Under the pieces are notes generated by a model that worked only from the letters and a program-made list of their open reading frames with translations, made no database searches and had not been told where the DNA came from. The position numbers and the translations under genes were made by a program. A DNA stretch of 56,021 nt, filler included, from Bipalium vagum (taxonomy: Eukaryota): the NCBI GenBank assembly GCA_037834085.1. It is 3 parts of 3 records of this genome, joined end to end, with 100 filler letters (N's around TTAATTAATTAA, not from the genome) between each part and the next. Parts side by side here need not be neighbours in the genome. Positions count along the whole stretch, not along the records: positions 1 to 18,647 come from JBBMKC010023555.1; positions 18,748 to 40,079 come from JBBMKC010238770.1; 1 more part is not named here. One strand, given 5' to 3'. This document shows positions 12,705 through 25,399 of this stretch, piece by piece. Numbering within the stretch: the first letter of the stretch is position 1; the number at the start of each line of letters is the position of its first letter.

Positions 12705-15700
12705 TTACGGTTTCCTCCGGAAGTCTCTGATTCGATCTTTGTAACGACCGTTGAAATCGAGATTTGCATAAAGACACCGGAGATTGGAATCCTTGTGGTC
12801 CATTATTGTCGACAAAAATTTGACCAAATGGGACTGGAAATAGAGAGAGAACGAAAAAACAAAATGAAGTAAGAATATGAAGACAATATTAGAAACAATT
12901 ACCTCGTATTGATTATTGTGTGCTTTGAGTTTATTGTGGAATTTCAAAACGTCTGTTTTTGTAAAATTGGTCATCCGTGTCAGTTCCTTTTTCTCTCGTT
13001 TATCGTCAACTCCCCACATCCCTTGTCGTTTTAGCGAGATAATCTACACGAAACACATTCAATAAAATAATCGATTTGAATTTGAATGATTTAATTTGAA
13101 ATATAATATAATATATAATTTTGTTTCTAAAAATCAATCTTTTATAAAATTAATAAAATATAGATACACAATTTTTATTTTTATCGATAAAACAAAGAAT
13201 AATTTATAATCTTGAAAACTTGATAATTTTATAAAATCTATAAAATAAGAACGATGTTTATAGAAAATCAATTTCAGAAGATGGTAAAAAAAATTTTAAA
13301 ATGATAAGAAAGACAAGTGATTGGTGAGAAGTTAATGAGAAGATTGATATTGCCAACACTTACGGATTCTTGATATGACTGTCTCAGACGGAGTTCATCG
13401 TGAAATTTGGAAAACATTTCGTCCAAAATCGATTCAAAGGAAATAATCAAATCATAAATCGTTCTGAGATTGGACAACAATTCCCGGGTTTCAGATTCCA
13501 ACAGGCATCGACTGGTGACCTGTTTTAGAAAATACTCGTGATATTGCATCACGGAATCGAGATCCGTGGCTTTGCTGATGGAATCCATAAATTTCTTCCA
13601 CGAACATTCAAGCACCTGTTTTAATAAATGGATAAATAATATCAATACATTTTAAAAAATTAGTTCACAATTTAAAATATAGTTTAAAAAAAGAATTATT
13701 TAACAATTAATATTAAAAGAATATTTTTCAATCAATAAGTAAAAAAATCGAACATTCAGTTCTAAAGTGTCAAATGAAATACAAAGATTTCAATTAATTG
13801 ATTAGTCTTAAAACTGAAAAACAAATTACCACAATCCTTTAATTATAATTAATAATCATTTATTTTTTGATTAACTTAATTAAATAAAAATAGTTTTTAA
13901 AACCTATTAAAAAATGAACAGATGTAAAGCGCAGGATATTTATCGGGACAAAAATGTGTCCAAGCAAAGCGTGGCAAGCAAGAAATGGAAAAACATTTGG
14001 AATAAGTACTGACCTCGAAATTGATGTAATACTGAACCTGGTTGACAAAGTGTAGCATGTCCATCACCATCACGTGACTAAAATGGAGCACGCTGGCAAC
14101 TTCGGACATTTTGTAAAACGCCCTATGTGATGAGTTGCGCTCTTTGATGAAACTGTTCAAAATAAAATGAACTCGGCGACTGCGGAATAAAATATTAAAG
14201 GCACGCAAATAGCAAAGAAAGGATGATCGGTAAACAACAGCGTCCAGCGGGCGAATGTCGGAAATCTGATAATTTAAAGTGAAAACGTCCCAGCCTGTCT
14301 CATTTTCGGAGATCCTCAGAAACGATATCCGGAGCCGGTCAAGAATTTCTCTGGAATCGAACTGTGCATTGGTCGACTTGATGGCCATTTCCAGTGACCC
14401 ACCCAAATGATTGACTTTCAATTCGTCAGCGGGCTTCGCTAACTCTGGTCTGGAAAAAGGAAAGAGAATTGATAAAAACAAACAAAAAAATCATTGACGA
14501 TAATCCAACCCAATAATTTCGATCATTCGCAAAATAAAATCTCCTTGTCCGTGAAGCATGTATTTTCTGAGAGCCTGATCAATAAATAAAAAAATTATTA
14601 AAATCAATAAGAAAATCGATGGTCTAAATTTGAGACTCAATTGAAATAAATATTTTCATTGACCAGTCGAATTCAATAAAATATCTTATACCTTAAAGTG
14701 GTCCATCAACTGGTACTTGTCGAACATTACTTTCAATAAATGTTTGCTGGTGACAGTGTACACGGAGTTGATCATGTTCTCAAACGTTCGATCGACAAAT
14801 TGATCTATCATCGTCTCAGCTTCAAACAATAGACACATTGATTATTTATTATAATTAAAATAATAATCAACATTGGTACCTGTAACAGACATTGTGGAAG
14901 AAATTTCTTTTTGAGATTTTAAATTGTTCTTCTCTCCACAAATTTCTCGCAAAAAATTTATTGATTTTCCAGTGAGCAAAATCTGTCTTATAAATAAATC
15001 ATCTTTTTAAATCTTTTATTATTAATATTATTATTATCGATACGCAGCAGATATCAATTAAGATAATACAGTACAGTAAAAAGAACCTTTTGAGCTTCAG
15101 CCTCTGAAATGAAATGAGGTATCATTTGAGTGCGGAGTCCATACTTGTCAGTCCACGAAACGTTGAGATCGTAATTCTGATTGATGGCGACGAAAAACTA
15201 TTTATTAGAATAATGAATAATAAAAAACATTAAATCTATTATAATATATATAGAAACCTCTTGGTGAGACTCGTCCAAAATGCCATCATAGATCCATTGC
15301 TGAATGAAATGATAAAACGGTTCTACAGCATGGAGTAAAAGGTTCCGAGTGATCTTAACTTTGTCCGGTGTACCGTGAAGAATGTGCCAGTGTAGCTGAA
15401 ATGTATGCAAAACACTATAAACTGAAAAATGTCCCCATCTGAATCAATTTACAATCGATGCCAATTGGCCGCCTCTCAAGTCGCTAGCGTTGTCGAGGAT
15501 ATTAGCGAGAAAGAACAATACTTGCATGGGTTCATGAAGTTTCAAAAGCAAAATTTCCAGAGTAAGGTGGTTCTGCCTATTGCAAGATGTTTTATTTTCC
15601 AATTGAGCTGCCCACGTGTTATACTGAGTCTGTGCGGTATACATTAAATCTCGCAAACATCCTTCACTGAAAAGCTCACCTGAAGAAAGGCCACTAGGTT

Positions 15701-17418
15701 GAGATAGGCCTTAATGTGGTCGTTGAGAGCAACACACAATCCTTGATAAACGATGCCCACCGTGGGATTGTTGACGCTGTGTTCGATGTAATCCCGAATT
15801 CGTCGATATGCCGTTCCACACTGACAAAGTGTCAGAACGTGCTCATACATCGAGTATGGAAGAATGGCGCCGTTCCGAATCTTTAATGAAATGGTATATT
15901 GATAAAATCGATAACAAAAACCGTTACTGAAAGTTGGTTAAGCACCGAATTCCACTCCAACCATTGGCCATTTGTGCCCAAAATTATAAATAGCAATTCT
16001 CCAATCACTGTGAACTCCGTTAATTCGTTTGAGACTAAGATTAGAAAAATCCATAATAGAAATAATTAATTTTAATCTAAATTTTAAATTATTTATATTT
16101 CTTCATTTTTATACTTGTTTTATCATTGATTCAATACATTTTTAATATTGATATCTTTAAAAAAAGTATAGAGTACTAATTTAATTCATTCTTATAGAAG
16201 CCTGTCAGTTATTGGTGTCAATAATGTGACGATCAATAAAACTTCGATTAACAAATCTCTCTACATTTTTACCATACATTTATGAGTAAAGTTATTAAAA
16301 GAACTCCGGAATTGTCGGAAACGAAATTCGGATAGCTAAGAGAAAAGGAAATTTGTTTATTGTAAAAAATCAATGATACTTTCAGCTATAAATACATAGA
16401 AACAGTTATTTAAAAGAAAATTAATTTTGAAGTAAAAGTTTTCGTTATCTTTTAAACATTGAATTTTAAATTATTACTTTCTTAATGTACCAATTTTTTG
16501 AAGACAATTGTCACAAGAAAATTACAAAAAATTACTTTGATAATTGTGAGAAGACTTCACAACATTGGCATTTGAATTATTCCTCAGAGTTTCGTTGATA
16601 TTGTTTTGATTTACATTCACTCGCTTAATGAAATCTTCTTTTTGCGGAATAGACCTAATATATTGATAAATTAATATATTTTATTAAATATGATCATGCC
16701 AAAGTTGACATAAATTACTTGCTTGAGCCAATGGAGCTTATATCGGTTCCAATCAATCTACTTAAAACCGGATTCGATCTGCTCAATGGTGTGGAAGTAC
16801 GGTTATCTGATTGCTGAACTCGCTGGATAGCTTGAATATGCTATCGATTTCAAGAAAATCTTCATAAAGAAAGTAAAAATTTTATTACCCTAGATGATGG
16901 GGTGGAGTTCAATGATGACTCCATACCAAAGTTGGACATGTAGTTCAGAAAACATATTAAGGTAGCTGGATCACGAATATTCTTAGTTAAATTATACATA
17001 GATACATTCTCATATAAAATATTAATACGGTTTTCACAATATTCCTGATCAGGGATTTCATTTCGAAAATTAGTGCCTCACTAACATTGCTAGCTTTCAC
17101 TAAGTTATGTATGTTTATATTTTGTAATTGGAATAAAATTGATTTTACTTTTATCTTCAATGTCTCTTTCACTAATTAAAATACTAGGAATTTCTTTGTT
17201 ATTAAAGCTGAATATTTTAATATTTAAAGAGCAAAAAATACACATATTTTTAGTCTTACCAACATAATTTTCTCATTTCTAGATCCACCATATTATTGAT
17301 TTCAACTATATATATCATTTTAAAGTCATATAAGCCAAACAAGCATACCATCATTTTTTGAGAGTTCACATTTTTGGAACAGATTAATTATTTCTTTTTT
17401 AATAGACGCTGTTGCCAT
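12705..17418 (-). CDS. TUBGCP3: Gamma-tubulin complex component 3 (GCP3/Spc98), 19 exons, about 855 aa
   Basis: Phase-consistent GT-AG exons: 17418-17349, 17305-17260, 17207-17149, 17099-17029, 16981-16889, 16840-16719, 16654-16536, 16034-15928, 15880-15680, 15629-15453, 15395-15258, 15197-15087, 14982-14880, 14819-14692, 14574-14510, 14449-14014, 13615-13364, 13043-12903, 12833-12705. GCP3 motifs include GGQLAS, WIYDG, GKSINFL, GQGDF, STNAQFD, GWDVFTLNY, QYYINFEVLECSW and LDFN. The first seven exons are less certain. Confidence 0.92.
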
Positions 17419-18217
17419 CTAAAAACAAATTATTCATAGAATTTAAAAATATTGCTTAATCGCTATATTAAAACAAACTAGACTTCAAAAGAATTGAAAT
17501 TTAGGATTTTAAAAAACGTTTATTGCTCGATATAATTTTATAAATAAGATCTTTTAGTACTTTTTAAATTCTCATTAATATTTAAGATGTAATTTTCATT
17601 TCCAAAAATTAATCAAGTCACCGCATAGAAAGTAATTAATTAAAGAAATTTGAAAAATTAATAAATTTATTGAAATTTAATTTTAAAAATTGATATTAAA
17701 TTTTGCATATTTAAACTTAGAAAATTCGAAAAATATAATAAAATTCTTTTCCTATTCTTTTTCTGAGGAGGTTTCTGTGAGAGGCATCTTGGTATGCAAG
17801 AGTCTAAGTCACTCATTTTGTTATCATTGGTGTTTTCAAATTTCTGAAAATCAACTGGATTTATTCGTAATTAGAAAACTTATTATCTTTTTTACTCCGA
17901 AACTTTTATTGTGTATGACTTATTTTTAATCTATTTGTAAATTAGGAGTTTTATTAAAATATATTAACGTAACATACTTCCAACCTTAACCGATAGAAAA
18001 TTGCTACGTGTTATAAATTATTAGCTCGTGATTTTGCAAATTCAATTATTTTAATAAACTAATAGGTATCCCAAAAGTAATGATCGTTTTTATTAGTTTA
18101 CATTTGACGAGCTTTATTTTTTTATATAAGTTTTCAATTGTCAAGATATTGATTTCTTTTCATAAATACTTTTCATATCATACTATATTTCTTAATAAAA
18201 ATTCTTTTTTATACCTA

Positions 18218-18647
18218 CCCTAAATTCCCGTTTATAATGCGCACCTGTATATAACACGCAGCCTAATTTTCAACCAAAAATTTTATTCCAATTTTGTTGT
18301 TGTATAACACACATACTTGTTTTAATATTATATATGTTGGTATTGGATTTAAGGCTTTGCGGTAGATAGGTTTCCACAACTTCAATAAAATTAAAATCAA
18401 AGTCGATGGCAAAACAGCAAAACATTGGAGACTTCAAAGGAAGTGACCAATGGTGCAATCGCTTTATGCATAGATATGGGCTTAGTATAAGAGCAGTTAC
18501 CTCAATTGGACAAGACTTGCCCATAAACTGGCAGGAAAAAGTTGAGGTTTTTAATCTTTTCATTATTGAAAAAATTGTTGGCATAGAAAAAAATCAGATC
18601 GGAAACATGGACGAAACTTCACTTAGTTTTGACATGCCTAGCAATTT
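18218..18647 (+). mobile_element. pogo-type DNA transposon, deleted 5' part, truncated at the spacer
   Basis: TA followed by TIR-like CCCTAAATTCCCGTTTATAATGCGCAC. CENP-B-type HTH 'FKGSDQWCNRFMHRYGLSIR' and first catalytic motif 'IGNMDETSLSFDMP'. Confidence 0.85.
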
Positions 18648-18747
18648 NNNNNNNNNNNNNNNNNNNNNNNNNNNNNNNNNNNNNNNNNNNNTTAATTAAT
18701 TAANNNNNNNNNNNNNNNNNNNNNNNNNNNNNNNNNNNNNNNNNNNN
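18648..18747. other. Artificial spacer: 44 N + TTAATTAATTAA + 44 N
   Basis: Exactly 100 nt and symmetric. The palindromic 12-mer places a stop in all six frames. Identical to the spacer at 40080. Confidence 0.9.
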
Positions 18748-18752
18748 TATTA

Positions 18753-18784
<32 letters not shown>

Positions 18785-19991
18785 ATTTAAATAACATTTT
18801 TCCTCAAAAAATCTTAGAAAATTAATAAATCATAACATTTGTTTTAATCTTCAAATAATAATTTCATTAGACAGGGGTCTTTGATTCAATTTTCATTTGA
18901 TATGTTAATAAGTTACCAGGCCTAAAATAAATAATAATGGATCTTATAATAGTTATATTTAGGAATTTCATCAACAACAATGAAAGTGCTTTATTTTATT
19001 TTCATTAAAAAATAAAATAAATTTTATTAATATGTGAATTCCGAGCTACATATTATACGCTATAAATAATACATTGTAGAATAAAACCGTTAAGATCTGA
19101 AAAGAAAATTCTAAGAAATTTTCTTGTGTATAAAAGTGTTCTTGTCATGGCTATTTCGGTCCTCAAGCTTTGATTAAAATAAAAGCAGTGGGCTAATGTT
19201 GTTATCAAATCAAAAATGCATTTAATGCAAAATCCCCGAAGATTAATATAATTAAATAATTTCATTAACAAATTAAAAAAGATTATTTAAATAGGTTTGC
19301 CGAAAAGATTGTCAATTCCCAGGAAACCATACGGATGCTTTGGGAAAGCCATTTTACCTTATAAAAATCACTTTCATTGAACCGCGATATGAAAAAATAA
19401 ATAAATAATAACAATAATAATAATTATTGATCATTAATATAAATGGAGCTGGTTGTATAAAAATATTCAAATTATTTATGAAAAATAAAAAAAATAAATT
19501 TCCTGAAAATTGAGTAGTGAAAAAACTTAAGTGTTTCAGAAAATTAATTTAATCTGCTGACCAAGGTCTAAAAAGAAAAATAATTTTTCATGGTGCATTT
19601 TTCTTTAGAAACAATAGAATTATTTGTGATTTCAAATTCAGAAATTGTATTGTTTATTAATATATAATTATTGATTTTATTATTTTTATTTTCCCATGAT
19701 TTTCTATAAAAATTATTATATTTTTTGTTAGCTGCCGCAATTTCTTCGTCTTCAGTCATGTTGTGAATAACTATTTGAATTTTCACAAAAAGTTTAAAAT
19801 CATATATTTAAACAAAAACATTTAAAATATTAAATTTACCACTTAATAATCATTAATTCCTTATATTTTTAATAAATACTTAATAACAAATTTTATCATT
19901 TTTTTCTCTTTTTCCACAGAAAATTAAAATTTAACTAGTATTACTATTACTGCAATAATAATAAATATAATAATAATTTTATTTTTCTCTT

Positions 19992-20646
19992 TATTAAGAT
20001 TCGACTCCTATCTTTTAATTTTCTGTAAATAAAATTAATTAAATAATTTTTTAAAATTAAATAAAAAATATTATTTTAGGAGCAACTACTGATTTTTAAT
20101 CAGTATCATGTCTCTCTAGAATCCTCTAATTATATTTTATGGAAATTAAATTAATTTTTTGAAATATCTAAATATATAAAATACGTCATGATTGCCAGCA
20201 TAACTGGCTAATCAGAGACACTAAAAGTAAATAGTATACAAAATAGTTTAGAAGAAAGCGAAAATTCATTATTTTTCGCCCAAAAAATTATCAAAGATAT
20301 ACAAATATGTTTTTCTAGAATTTCATTTTTGCTGACCAGGGTTTTCCCTGGCATAGCTTTAAATTAGGATGTGATAGAGATTTTGAGAGAATGTCTGAGC
20401 AGTTTTTTGTTTTTCAGGAGTGACTGTCTGTTGCAGTTGATCGTGGTAAATTAATAAGAGTTTCACCCTCATTTCATTTAATAAATGTTTAGATGTTTCA
20501 TTTAAAAACATTTAAACATCTAAACATACATCTTATTAATTAAACATATTAGTGTTTTTGTTATAGGGTATGATAGGGGGCTCTTTAGGTAAGCCCACAA
20601 CAAACTCAGTCTAGGTCAGTTGAGCTGAGCATGAGTTGCGCCAACA
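19992..20646 (-). repeat. Hairpin-rich dispersed repeat, possibly a solo LTR
   Basis: Minus strand starts TGTTGG. Its first ~90 bp are homologous to 55938-56021 (+). Several perfect inverted repeats lie inside. The left boundary is uncertain. Confidence 0.5.
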
Positions 20647-20698
20647 TTTTTAATCATAATTAATTTTGGTCTTTAATGAAATACTTTCGTGGTAAGTA

Positions 20699-21822
20699 CT
20701 TAGACTTTATCGGAAGTAATGAATATATTTAAATAAAATTTTGCACATAAAATAATAATTATATATAGTCATGAATTATATGATTTGTTTAAATATTTTT
20801 ATTTTTGTTTCTACTAGATAAGATAAATTCAAAAAAATATTTGAAAATGTCGAATTCCGAAGTGTGTTCGGTTTCCCTACTGAAGCTATCTTCCAGGCAG
20901 GAAATTATTAATGAGCTAAAAGAGGTATACAGTGAAGAAGCCTTATGTGAGGTGACCATATATAACTGGTACCGCGATTTTTCATCTGGCCGAACAAGTG
21001 TTTATGAAGCATCCAAAGGTGGAAGACCTGCAGAAATTATCACAAAAATGAAATATATTTTAAATAAAAGAACGAAAAATTACTCACGCTCAGCTGTTTG
21101 AGAAGCTATATTTATGGAAAAGAATATACCAGTTGCTTCTAGACAAAATTGAAGTCCAAAGCTATGTAGCAGGTCCATACCGAGATTTTTAACTGCCGAG
21201 ATAATGGGTAGCCGAAAAATGGCTTGTGAAAGGAATCTTTATCTTCTGGATGTTGTTGGACCACGTTTTAATGGAATATCAGAACTACAGATGAGACGTC
21301 ATTCGGTCTCTGTATTCCCGACTCTAATAGAGAGTAAAAGCAGTGGGTTTTCCAAAATCAGAAGCCATCTAGAGTGTTGCGTCTGGGAATTTCTGTGGGA
21401 CCATCTGTTGGGATAGAAAAGGCATCTTGAAGCTAGATTTTACTGAAGAAATCATAAATTCCGATTATTATATTAATAGTATTCTCTTACTTTAAACCCG
21501 AACTATCCGACACAAGCCTCGGAACCAGGATCCATGATAACGCTCCTATTAACACATCAAAGAAATCCAAGGAGACATTAGAAAAAATTGGATTTGTAAC
21601 CTCTTATAGTTCAGATCCAGATGATATGAAAGATAAAATGACTGAATTCCTCATAGAGAATGATCAAATTTTCCTTAAAGTGGGTTTTAATGGAATTGAC
21701 GATCATGGGAATGTCTTTCGATGTAAACAGCGGTTATGTCGAAAAATGAGACCTATACATTTATATGTATTTTTAATAAAAATTTTGTGCACTTATCTTC
21801 ATTATTTCTTGTAGAGTCTAAG
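20699..21822 (+). mobile_element. Mariner-like element, inactive
   Basis: TA-flanked TIRs CTTAGACTTTAT / GTAGAGTCTAAG. Motifs ELKEVYSEEALCEVTIYNWYRDFSSGRTS..GGRP, TTDET and HDNAP. Confidence 0.85.
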
Positions 21823-23820
21823 TAATTTTTAGCCTTATAACATAATTCATTTAAAATTATGAATTAACAGATTCTCAACAACATATTTTGTATTTTATCT
21901 TATTTTATTTTTATCATAGTCTGTTATATTACCCATTCAATGAACCTAAGTTCTTGCAATTTGTTTAGGAGACAAAGTGATATTCTTGCGTAATGATTTG
22001 AAACATTTTGCTATTTTGTGGGGCAACAAGAGACATTTCTGAGACATTATATTTGTGGCTTTTGTGTGTATCGACTGAATAGACGTGTTAATTGATTATT
22101 TACCTTGTAAAGTGTTATTTACTATCGAACAGAACTAATAAGTTTCTTTGTTAATTAATATCAGATATGAAAACATATCGGATACATTTAGGTTCATTAC
22201 AATGTCATTAAATGACATTTGATTATCACTTTGGGTTAATGGATTGATTCCATTTTAAATGATAGAGAAAGAGAAACAAAGGTTTTATTTTAATACAAAG
22301 CCAAAGCTTCATAATAGATGTTATTGAGGATTTTTAAAATATATAAAATTATATTATTTTTTTGTTTTATTATTATTGTTTGAAGAAGGTTGTTTGGTTT
22401 ATTTGAAATTTCTAGATAACGGTTTTCTTGTTCATAAAATCTTAGTTGCGACTTTAATGACTGAAAATTCTTGGTAAATGTCTTAAAATTAGTTAACTTA
22501 ACATTTCTATTTTCTCAGTTCTTCACACCATAAATATAATGTTGCAAGAAATCTAATATCCTGACAGTCTCAGTTCTGTTAATGATCTTTTCTGACAGCT
22601 AATGCGATTCTTTTAACATCATAAAAATAAATATAAATAAAAACAATATAAAAAGATCATTAATGGTTTTCTTGCTATTTTGATATTTTGCCTGAAAGGA
22701 AATAAGTCAATTCAACAATATCAGACAAAATATATATTTTAGTCGATAACTTATAATTAGACTGAGACCTTGATCTAGTTAATTTGATAAATTAATAATC
22801 ACAGTGGGTCTTATAATCGAATAAATTGTATTTGGGGATCTGATAATTTGAACTTATTTATAAAGCAAAACCTATAATTCGATAATGAATATCACAGATA
22901 TCATACAAGAATTGGGCTTTGTGGACGAACAGTTTCAAAATACGAACTATTTGCCTCAATTAAATTATATATATAAATATAATTTATTTATTTATTTATT
23001 TTTACAAGTGGACGTTATCATTTATCGTTTATTTTGAATATTAACACTTTATTTTTTCAATTGAATTAATTTTTAATTTTACTCGCGTATACAGTACGAA
23101 AAGGGTACACGACTTTATATAAATGATTTTTCTATTTTAATTTAATAAACGTTTGTTTATTTGTTTTATTATTATAAAGAGTAAATTCAGAACAGGGGAC
23201 TTTTTAATTTTAAAATCATTATTAACATTATAATGTAGAGCGGTAAGTAATACTAGAAATTTTAAATAATAATGTATGTAGGTTCACGAATTAAATTAAT
23301 AAATTATAATTTTATATTATAATATTTTATATATTTATATATAAAATCTGCCTAAACCGACACTAGGTATTACATAATGGTATATCTTGTAATCTGAGAA
23401 ACACGGTAAATAGGTTAACATTTGAAATAGGAGTTAAATAAAATATGAAAGTTAAATGGAAAAAAGATGAGTAAATCAACTTGATTTAGATTTTCAAAAT
23501 GGAGAAAGAGTTGGATTTAAAAATGGATCTCTGAAATACATTGTGGTAACATATCATGAGGATGAATTACGTGATGAATTACCACTCCCAGATTCCGTAT
23601 AGGACCTCCCACAGGGCCATGGTCTTTTAGTTTATCTTATATTCGGCATCTTAAAACTAACTTCTTTAATGATTAAGTTATATTGGTATCACGTAACACA
23701 TATTTTGTTTTATTGTTGTAATTGTGCATTAAAAATAAAAAAGTATAATATATTTTTATTGAAAACACCATAATTTCTGTATAGATAACATTCAAATGAA
23801 TTTTTCAGATATATCAGATA

Positions 23821-24420
23821 ATGCCAACAATTCCACATAGATCAACAGTAGCAAAACAATGAAAAAGAACAGAAAATCATAGACAATAACCAAAAAGTTA
23901 GAAGTACTTTAAACTTATAAAAAAAACAATAAAAAATAATTAAGACAGTTAGAGAGGCTGGAATCACAAATGTTAAGAATTTGGTAAAAGATTGAGAAAA
24001 ACTAGTGGCGATTTGTGATGTGATAAAAGTAAATACGAAAAAAGTAAGGTTGGACAGAAAACCAATGAATCAAGATTTAGAAAAATATTTACTGGAGTAT
24101 GTAAAGTTAAAACGAAAATATCATAAAGAAGCAGTGTCGATGAAAACCATCAGAATATTGTAATGTTTTATCAAATTGTAATGAATATCAAATGTTTTCA
24201 AGAGAAACTATCTTTCATACAGGAAAATAACCACCATAGGTCAAGAATATTAGAGCTTAAGTAAAGCGTACAATTGAGGCCTTTTGAAACTGTTGTAAAA
24301 TTGCACAATTATACGAAGCAAGCAAAATCCTCAATGCGGATGAGACGCCAGTCTACATTGATACAACAACATCTGGGACTGCGAACAAAAGGTGAAAAAA
24401 TTTGAATCAACGGAAAGCAA
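23821..24420 (+). mobile_element. pogo/Tigger transposase N-terminal relic
   Basis: RKS*TITKKLEVL, RKPMNQDLEKYLLEYVKLKR and ILNADETPVYID in broken frames. Confidence 0.7.
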
Positions 24421-24439
24421 TCATTGTCTTTAGTTCCGC

Positions 24440-25330
24440 AAATTTTCTGAATGTCACTGCTTTAATCAATTCATTTCTTTTAGAACTTTGTAATGATTTG
24501 AATTCGTCCACAATGATCTAGTACTTAACACTGAAGTAACATCGTTGTTAAAAGGAAAAGTCCTAAACTTATTTTTAATCTTCATCATGATGTAATCCAT
24601 GTTTCTAATCAGAAAGCAATCCCACAGCTCAAAACAGCCCCTCTAGGAATAAAAGTAAACTAGAGAAAATAGCCTATCTGGTGAGAATCTTTGTAACCTT
24701 CAATGAATTAAATTTATGACGAAAAGGACCAAATGGTACCTACATCGGTTTATCTGAAAAGATTAAATTCTTCAAAATGAAAATTCTGGCTTGGCAAACA
24801 AAATTTGATGAAAATGAAATTGACATGTTGCTTACCACATATGCTTTCTATGAGGAAAATGACATTAAATCTGAAAACGGACGAACTTTCATCATTTTTT
24901 TCAAAGTCAACCTGACATCCGTCTACATTTTCTAGAAGCCCATCCCGAGTCAAAGTTGAAAGGGTTACCAAGACATCACAGGAATAGTTTATAGAAATCA
25001 ATAATGGCGATGAAGCAAAAACTGATTTCGCTTCTGTATCATTTACGCAATCCTCGACCAAGTGTTTGCAATGATATCCGCTCTGTTGAAATTATTGTGT
25101 GCTTTCTTATTCCATATCCAACAACAAAACTTTAGCCATTCTCTTCGATAGAATATTTTGAAGTATATTATAATAACGTGTGTGATATTTTTTCATGCAC
25201 CAAGAGTCAGTTTCATAATTGAGTTGTTTCAGAGGTATCCTCTTCAAAAATGTTTCGATCAAAGCCATTTCATCGTCAATGTCTCATGCTTAGCGTGCTT
25301 TGAGTTGCAAAAGGTATGATCAAGAACAAC
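24440..25330 (-). mobile_element. Probable hAT (Charlie/GTF2IRD2-like) transposase relic
   Basis: LSTLTRDG resembles the 'VSVTTDGAP' catalytic region, and downstream 'PRGAVL' resembles 'RWLSRG.VL'. Highly degenerate. Confidence 0.4.
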
Positions 25331-25399
25331 TTTACTCCGGAAATCACGGATTCGAACTACATAATTAGTGCATAGTTAAAATAAAAATATAAAAAATAG

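Noticed and set aside
3074-17418. Functional link between the octopamine receptor and GCP3
   Set aside because: They are 8 kb apart, separated by transposon relics, with no shared signal. Proximity alone is not evidence.
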